From the NCBI GenBank assembly GCA_903857825.1, contig CAIOGI010000006.1, positions 25,132-89,131 of the forward strand: a stretch of DNA of 64,000 nt, in the 5' to 3' direction. Below are positions 58,233 through 64,000 of the stretch, piece by piece. The position numbers and the translations under genes were made by a program. Numbering within the stretch: position 1 is the first letter of the stretch; the number at the start of each line of letters is the position of its first letter. This stretch comes from Candidatus Tayloriibacteriota bacterium (GTDB lineage: Bacteria; Patescibacteriota; Minisyncoccia; Phycocordibacterales; PALSA-1337). The notes under the pieces are model-generated. The model saw nothing but the letters and a program-made list of their open reading frames with translations, was not told the DNA's origin and ran no database searches.

Positions 58233-58970
58233 TTATGGAAAAACCTTTAAACCATAACCCTTGAATGATCCTAGATTATTTCTTCTGAATTTCCTCTCAA
58301 CTATGTCATATAGAGGGTAAGGTTCATTTGGATTTATTATATGTCTTGCTACTGGATGTGCACATAGATCTGCTACCTGTAAACCACAATCATTTTCTAT
58401 TTTTCTTCTAAATTCCATTTTCTCAAATCTTTTTTTAAATCTTTCTGGTGTAATATGCTGGCTTCCTTTATCTAATAAACGATTATGTCTTTTTTGTATG
58501 ATTTCATCTTCTACCCTACCTCTTGCCTCTAACATAAGATGTATCACGTCATCTTTACCATTATCTATTTCCATAACTGCTCGTTCAAGTAAGAAAGACA
58601 ATGAAATCTCATATGGATCATCAGCAATCTTTCCATACTTTTCAATAAATTCTTGTTTCTTAATACCAACAGCAATTACAGTAAATTTAGCATTATCAAG
58701 AATAGAATTTAATTGTCTATGAAATCTCGCCTTTATATCTAGATCAAAAAGCTTAGTAAAGATTCCTTCACATTTTCTAATCTCTCGGCTATGTAAAATA
58801 GCATGTTCACTATTGAAAAACTCCTTCTTCATTTTTACAAGCTCAGAACACACTCTCACATATTCAGAACCCTCAAATATACATCCAAGTAAAGTAAAAA
58901 CAGGAAAATTAAGGTTAATTGAGCTTAAACTTGGGTCTCCAGATTCATCTATAAAAAGGTGGTATTGCAT
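58233..58970 (-). CDS. DUF3800-domain protein
   Basis: MQYHLFIDESGD...FTVIAVGIKK matches the DUF3800 N-terminal signature (yiDESG). Confidence 0.55.
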   Translation of the reverse strand: MQYHLFIDESGDPSLSSINLNFPVFTLLGCIFEGSEYVRVCSELVKMKKEFFNSEHAILHSREIRKCEGIFTKLFDLDIKARFHRQLNSILDNAKFTVIAVGIKKQEFIEKYGKIADDPYEISLSFLLERAVMEIDNGKDDVIHLMLEARGRVEDEIIQKRHNRLLDKGSQHITPERFKKRFEKMEFRRKIENDCGLQVADLCAHPVARHIINPNEPYPLYDIVERKFRRNNLGSFKGYGLKVFP

Positions 58971-59227
58971 ATTGTGCACATTCTAGCACACTCTAAATAG
59001 GTTTTTATAACTATCGCAGCAACCTCAATACAAGCCAAAAAGGATAGGTAGCTAATAACATTTAGCACTTGTAGAATTTATGAATCAAACAAAAGTCATT
59101 TATTTCTGTATTTCCAGAATAATAGATGCAAAAAGAAAAAGCCCAGACCTCCTTGTGGTGTATGAACCACGGTCTTAAGACCTTTTCATTACTATATATT
59201 ATCACAATCAATAACCCAGTCAACTAC

Positions 59228-59923
59228 TTACCACCCCTTCACCTCCAGCGCTTTTTCCGCAGCCTTTTGTTCTGCTTCTTGTTTTGAAAGTCCTGAACCA
59301 AGCGCGACCTGAACATCTCCAATGAAAACTCCCAATGTAAACAATTTATTATGATCTGGGCCAGTTTCTTTCATTGTCTTATAGGAAGGAGTGAGCCCTG
59401 TTAACTCTTGAGCCTTTTCCTGGAAACGACTCTTGGCATCTAACCAAGATTTATTTTTTATAATCTCATCAATATCAATAATTTCAAGTAATTGTTCAGA
59501 AATAAAATTCGCAGCACCGTCATATCCTTTATCAATATAAACTGCTCCTATTATCGCTTCTATAGTATCAGCATGAATGATTGACCTTGCACGACCAGTA
59601 TCTTTTGATTCTCCCCTGGAAAGCAAAATGTATTCACCAACACCTATGTGAAGCGCAACTTTAGAGAGGCTATGAGTATTCACTAAAGCAGAACGATATG
59701 AGGTCATATCACCTTCATTTCTATCTGGAAACTTTCTAAATAGGAAACTTGTTATAACCAATTCCAAAACAGCATCGCCAAGAAATTCTAGACGTTCATT
59801 GTGTTCTAATCCAGCCCCTTTGTTTTCATTTAAATATGAACGATGTGTACATGCCTTCTTTAGCAGGCTAATATCATTAAATTTAATATTCATTTTTTCT
59901 GCGAATTTTAAATAGTCGGGCAT
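59228..59923 (-). CDS. rnc: Ribonuclease III
   Basis: RNase III signature ERLEFLGDAVLELVI; C-terminal dsRBD. Confidence 0.9.
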   Translation of the reverse strand: MPDYLKFAEKMNIKFNDISLLKKACTHRSYLNENKGAGLEHNERLEFLGDAVLELVITSFLFRKFPDRNEGDMTSYRSALVNTHSLSKVALHIGVGEYILLSRGESKDTGRARSIIHADTIEAIIGAVYIDKGYDGAANFISEQLLEIIDIDEIIKNKSWLDAKSRFQEKAQELTGLTPSYKTMKETGPDHNKLFTLGVFIGDVQVALGSGLSKQEAEQKAAEKALEVKGW

Positions 59924-59937
59924 AGATTTTCTTTTTC

Positions 59938-60831
59938 TTACTTATTTAATAGGGTAATCGCCTTTGTAACAATTGGCAATATATCATTATAAAAATTCAA
60001 TTCAAGTATATCGTCTATTTTAAACCACTTTCCATCATCAAGACCTGGTTTCTCTGCTAACTTAATATTTTCAAAATCTGATTCGGCTAGGAAATAGTGT
60101 ACTTGTTTTCTTATTTTACCCAATTCTGGATCACTTGCTATGTATTCATTATTTCCAAGATCCTCAACTATCTTAATATTCAAGCCCATTTCTTCTTTAA
60201 CTTTATTTATTGTACCCTCTCTAACATCTCCTTCTGGAATTTTGCCTTTTGACAAAGTCCAATGTCCAAATATATCGTGTACAAAGGCTAAATATATTTC
60301 TCCCTCATGTCGAGAATACACAACTGCCCCACCAAGATTTTGTACTGGCATTTGTTCGTAAGGAACACTTGCAATCTTTTTCTTTTTTGTAGAAACAGAG
60401 TCCTTACCAGGCTCACCTAATTCCTTATAAACAGAACCGAGCACTCCATTTACAAATTTTCCACTATTCTCACCACCAAAACTTTTTGCAAGTTCTATTG
60501 ATTCATTTATAGCAACCTTGGCTGGAACCTCATCTCTATTTGAAAAAAGTAATTCATATAGACCAATTCTTAGAATATTCCTATCAATGATTGAAATCTT
60601 TTCTATAGGCCAATCAGGTGCAGCTTTTCCGATAATCATATCTAAATCATTTCTCTTTGCCAAAATGTTTTTTACTAGTTCTTCGATAAAAGAAAAATCA
60701 CTCATACCAGGAGCAAACTCCTTAGAAATACGAATGATTGTTTCTTTCATCTCTTCATTATGACAACCTCGAAAGTCCCACTCAAAGAGTGATTGGAGTG
60801 CTACTGATCTTGATAGGTGTCTGTTTGCCAT
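59938..60831 (-). CDS. nusB: NusB-family antitermination domain fused to a C-terminal Nudix hydrolase domain
   Basis: Residues 1-140 are NusB-like (LSRSVALQSLFEWDF...AINESIELAKSFGGENSGKFVNGVLGSV). Residues about 160-297 are Nudix-like (GGAVVYSRHEGEIYLAFVHDIFGHWTLSKGKIPEGDVREGTINKVKEEMGL). One uninterrupted 297-codon ORF. Confidence 0.65.
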   Translation of the reverse strand: MANRHLSRSVALQSLFEWDFRGCHNEEMKETIIRISKEFAPGMSDFSFIEELVKNILAKRNDLDMIIGKAAPDWPIEKISIIDRNILRIGLYELLFSNRDEVPAKVAINESIELAKSFGGENSGKFVNGVLGSVYKELGEPGKDSVSTKKKKIASVPYEQMPVQNLGGAVVYSRHEGEIYLAFVHDIFGHWTLSKGKIPEGDVREGTINKVKEEMGLNIKIVEDLGNNEYIASDPELGKIRKQVHYFLAESDFENIKLAEKPGLDDGKWFKIDDILELNFYNDILPIVTKAITLLNK

Positions 60832-60862
60832 ATTTTATAAAGAACGAACTCTAATGCTTAAA

Positions 60863-61075
60863 TTACTTTTTTACTTCTTTCTTTTGTTTCTTTTCTGTCT
60901 TTTTTGCGACTATTGCTGTCATATCTATCACCTTTTTTCCTCTGTATGTTCCACATTTATCGCACATTGTGTGGCGTACATGCTGTGATCCGCAGTTTGT
61001 GCACTTAGAAAGTCGCACATCATCTAAAGCGTGATGTGAACGTCTGTTTCCTGTATGCGACCTATTTGCCCTCAT
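60863..61075 (-). CDS. rpmF: 50S ribosomal protein L32 with a lysine-rich C-terminal tail
   Basis: RRSHHALDDVRLSKCTNCGSQHVRHTMCDKCGTYRGKKV (L32 zinc-ribbon type). Confidence 0.8.
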   Translation of the reverse strand: MRANRSHTGNRRSHHALDDVRLSKCTNCGSQHVRHTMCDKCGTYRGKKVIDMTAIVAKKTEKKQKKEVKK

Positions 61076-61099
61076 TCGGTTTACCATAGTTTTATTATA

Positions 61100-61738
61100 T
61101 TAGCTTATATTGGGGTTTTTTGCAAATTCAAAAATACTTTTACAGAAACTTCTCCTATGCAGGCTAATCAAGCCAAACTTCTTTACCGCCTCATAATGCT
61201 TCCTTGTCCCATACCCCTTATTTACATCAAAACTATACTCTGGATACTTCTTTGCTAAAACCCTCATTTTTCTATCTCGGGTCACTTTTGCACATATTGA
61301 GGCGAGAGCAATGACTTGCTCTTTTACATCGCCCTTTATAATTGTTTTTTGATTTTCATATTCAATGGGAGCTTTCAGACCTCCGTCGAGCAGTACTCGA
61401 GCTTCATCAGGTTTTATTTTAAGTTTGGCAATTGACATAGCAAGCGCTTTTTTTATTGCGAATGAAATCCCCTTTTTGTCTATAACTTTCTCGCTTTGAA
61501 AGATCACCACAAAATCAATCAGTCCATCTTTCCTTGCTTTTTCTATCTTTTCAAACCAAATTTCCCTTTTTTCTTCGGTTAATTGTTTTGATTCCTTGAC
61601 CCCTCGAAAATACTTTTTTGCCTCCGGTTCTAAGTACACGAAAGCCCCCACAGCCACTGGTCCAGCTATGGGCCCACGACCAACTTCGTCGATGCCTATA
61701 AGGTATTTAATATTTATATTTTTTAAATCTTTTTTCAT
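61100..61738 (-). CDS. rnhB: Ribonuclease HII
   Basis: IGIDEVGRGPIAGPVAVGAF is the RNase HII active-site DE motif; 212 aa. Confidence 0.85.
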   Translation of the reverse strand: MKKDLKNINIKYLIGIDEVGRGPIAGPVAVGAFVYLEPEAKKYFRGVKESKQLTEEKREIWFEKIEKARKDGLIDFVVIFQSEKVIDKKGISFAIKKALAMSIAKLKIKPDEARVLLDGGLKAPIEYENQKTIIKGDVKEQVIALASICAKVTRDRKMRVLAKKYPEYSFDVNKGYGTRKHYEAVKKFGLISLHRRSFCKSIFEFAKNPNIS

Positions 61739-62251
61739 TTAAGTTTTATCATTCCCCTCCATATTCTTTGTAATTTTTAAAGTAAGTTTACCTTTCAATT
61801 TGCCCTTATATTTATTCGAAGTAATCAATGCCAATGTTTCCTGCAAACCCTCTATTACTTCTGGATTCTTCTTTAATTTATACTCTTGTAAAACATAACC
61901 ATTTTTTAAATATTCTCTCAATACTCCAGTCGCCCAAATACGAAATTGAGTCGCTTTCTTTGAATTTACACGATAACCGACTGCGATAATAGCGTCGAGA
62001 TTATAGAACTTAGTTTCATATGACTTCCCATCAGCTCCAGTATTCCGGAATTTCCGGATAACTGAATTAATGTCTAATTCCTCAGTTTTGAAAATATTCT
62101 GCAGATGCTCACTAATAGTTCTTACATTAATTTCAAACAATTCAGCAATTTGTGCTTGTGTAGCCCAAATTGTGTCTTCCTTAATGTCTGCCCTTAGCTC
62201 AATGACCCCGCCCTTTCCTTGATAAATGATTATATTATTCTTTTTATCCAT
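61739..62251 (-). CDS. RhuM-family protein, short or truncated paralog (170 aa)
   Basis: FYNLDAIIAVGYRVNSKKATQFRIWATGVLREYLKNGYVLQE. Lacks the C-terminal half present in the 44278..45342 paralog. Confidence 0.6.
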   Translation of the reverse strand: MDKKNNIIIYQGKGGVIELRADIKEDTIWATQAQIAELFEINVRTISEHLQNIFKTEELDINSVIRKFRNTGADGKSYETKFYNLDAIIAVGYRVNSKKATQFRIWATGVLREYLKNGYVLQEYKLKKNPEVIEGLQETLALITSNKYKGKLKGKLTLKITKNMEGNDKT

Positions 62252-62464
62252 ATTTATATATCAGATTAATTATTAATAAAAATAGAATTATTGGTTCAAT
62301 GATATCAACTGAAAAGACATTGTCTATAGTCAAAATCGCAAAAACTTTATCATTTCTTAAGAACCTGGGGATAATTAGATTGATTTTTAAAACAAATTTA
62401 AATTTTAAAATAAAAAAGGCCATGAACATTACTCCACAGCCTGATCCGATGACCATTCGATTAT

Positions 62465-63238
62465 TTACAAACAGCGAGTAGCCATCCTGTCCACATAAGC
62501 TTGAAAAAGAGCCGGCTCAAAATATTGCCCCCCGATCAATCCTGGCGCCCAAGTGATTGCATGAGGAGTTTTCTTCCGAATTTCTTCATACTCATTTCGG
62601 GTGAGGATTTTTTCAGGTTTTGACCTTTCTTGTCCATACTGTTCGTCAGCGTTGGGGTAAGCAACCCCTTTTTGCATATTGACATAGCAAATCATTGAAC
62701 CCATCTTTGAGTCACGTGGTTCGAGAGTTTTCCATACTTCGATCAGAAGACTCCGGTCCAGACATGCGATAACTCTCTTCTCGGCATCAATTACCGCCGG
62801 ATAAAATGCCATGAGTCCGTGAGTAAGTTGTAGAAAGAAAACTTTATCCAGCCGATAACCTTGCTCTTTTGGGTCCTTCTTGAACAACTCGAACAGGTTG
62901 GAGGGGATACCTTCTCCGTTAAAACGCTGTTCTAAACTTTTTCTGGATTGTTCAACTGCAACCTCCTCCTGTTTTCTTTTGTCGGTCTGTTCCTTGTAGA
63001 CCGCTCCCGTCACATGTCTGTCACCATCCAAAGAATGTTGACATGTTTCGCACAGAGGAGCTCCACAGATCAACGAGCTCCCATGATCACAGTCTTGAGT
63101 TGCTTTCGCCCCACAACTGCAACATTTCAGATTTTCATGCTTGCTGCACCATCCGTTTGTGCTTGGTTTGTCACACTTGCCTACCCATGAGACTTCGAGT
63201 AGACATGGTTTAGACTTCGGCATTTCAATGTCAGCCAT
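62465..63238 (-). CDS. Cys-rich hypothetical protein (zinc-ribbon-like N-terminus) on a GC-elevated (about 45-50%) segment
   Basis: C..KC..W...CSKH...CCSCG....DCDH....C....CETCQH cluster. The composition stands out from the flanks. Confidence 0.45.
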   Translation of the reverse strand: MADIEMPKSKPCLLEVSWVGKCDKPSTNGWCSKHENLKCCSCGAKATQDCDHGSSLICGAPLCETCQHSLDGDRHVTGAVYKEQTDKRKQEEVAVEQSRKSLEQRFNGEGIPSNLFELFKKDPKEQGYRLDKVFFLQLTHGLMAFYPAVIDAEKRVIACLDRSLLIEVWKTLEPRDSKMGSMICYVNMQKGVAYPNADEQYGQERSKPEKILTRNEYEEIRKKTPHAITWAPGLIGGQYFEPALFQAYVDRMATRCL

Positions 63239-63431
63239 ATTGTGCTCCTTTCAACGAACAATTTGCTTATGCTCTGTTGAGCAGATTTTAGTGAAGCGAT
63301 ACACCACTAATTAATATTACTAATAGTAGCTAATCATTAAAACATAAAACTGTCAATGTGTCGTAATGGTTCAGTAGCTTGGAATCACCTAATGAGTGGA
63401 TATCATATTGATTATTGGTATAATACCCTCA

Positions 63432-64000
63432 TGAACCCCCCCGAGAAAAAACCCAAATTCATCCACCTCCACACCCACAGTCACTATTCCTTGCTGAACG
63501 CCCTACCAAAGATAGATGATCTAGTAGATGAGGTTATAAAGCTCGGTATGCCTGCAGTGGCCCTTACTGACGCTGGGAACCTTTATGGGGCTATAGAGTT
63601 CTATCAGAGGTGCAAGAAGAAAGGAATAAAAGCAATAATCGGCGTCGATTTCTATGTAGCCGTTCGCACAAGGAAAGACATGCAGGCCGGCATTGATAAT
63701 CGCCGAACCAGACTTGTTCTCCTTGCGAAAAATCATGATGGTTTTAAAAACTTAATTAAGCTAGTTACGGATTCAAACCTTGAAGGATTTTACTACAAGC
63801 CACGTATTGATAAGGAACTTATAGAAAAATACTATCAAAATTTGGTATGCATTGCCCCATCTTTTTCAAGTGATATTTCGATGGCTGTAAAAAACAAGAA
63901 TATTGATAAAGCAAAGGAAGCGATAGAATTCTACAAAAAAGTCTATGGAGATGAAAACTTTTTTATAGAGATTACACGACATCCAGAAATTCAGGGTCAT
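63432..64000 (+). CDS. dnaE: DNA polymerase III alpha subunit, N-terminal PHP domain; partial (continues past the window end)
   Basis: Hand translation from ATG at 63432: MNPPEKKPKFIHLHTHSHYSLLNALPKIDDLVDEVIKLGMPAVALTDAGNLYGAIEFY...RLVLLAKNHDGFKNLIKL. No stop before 64000. Not in the ORF track because it is open-ended. Confidence 0.8.

Noticed and set aside
63521-63736. 71-aa - strand ORF
   Set aside because: It is the antisense of the dnaE PHP-domain coding region, which continues to the window edge.
1-64000. CRISPR array, rRNA genes, integrase or transposase genes
   Set aside because: I found no regular short repeat-spacer array, no rRNA-like sequence, and no ORF with tyrosine- or serine-recombinase or DDE motifs. 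The only mobile-type enzyme is the LAGLIDADG endonuclease.

Overview
This is a low-GC (about 33-37%) bacterial chromosomal segment that reads like a compact, CPR/Patescibacteria-like genome. Many housekeeping proteins are shortened (infB 512 aa, rpoB 1058 aa, SMC 740 aa), the tRNA genes do not encode CCA, and core operons are interrupted by accessory genes.

Core genes recognised from motifs in the ORF track are ftsE and ftsX (ftsX partial at the left edge), prfB, infB, rbfA, gyrA, an S1-domain protein, truB, hisS, a UvrD/AddA-like helicase-nuclease, rpoD, dnaG, rpoC, rpoB, trmD, a KH-domain protein, rpsP, an RNase R-like gene, an SMC-family ATPase, rnc, a NusB-Nudix fusion, rpmF, rnhB and a partial dnaE at the right edge. 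I folded five tRNA genes by hand: Thr-CGT, Cys-GCA, Leu-TAA, Lys-CTT and Leu-TAG.

The accessory and unusual content, in window order:
- A family of about 92-bp palindromic intergenic elements with at least five copies. Each sits immediately 3' of a gene and looks like a terminator.
- A LAGLIDADG homing-endonuclease ORF wedged between tRNA-Cys and tRNA-Leu.
- A tRNA-Lys/tRNA-Leu cluster with tandem pseudo-tRNA fragments and att-like duplications of the tRNA 3' ends, next to a roughly 52% GC foreign island encoding a membrane-anchored Thr/Pro-rich protein.
- A minus-strand operon downstream of gyrA: a SAM-dependent methyltransferase, an orphan solute-binding protein and five tandem, divergent small two-helix VirB2/TrbC-like pilin paralogs.
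- Three further GC-elevated segments at about 17.56-18.0 kb, 37.85-38.48 kb and 62.47-63.24 kb.
- A solo MazF/PemK-like toxin and an HI0073/HI0074-type nucleotidyltransferase pair.
- A KilA-N islet after dnaG.
- RhuM-family genes, one of which is inserted with a secreted protein between rpoB and rpoC.
- A DUF3800 gene inserted between rnc and smc.

I found no CRISPR array, rRNA gene or integrase.
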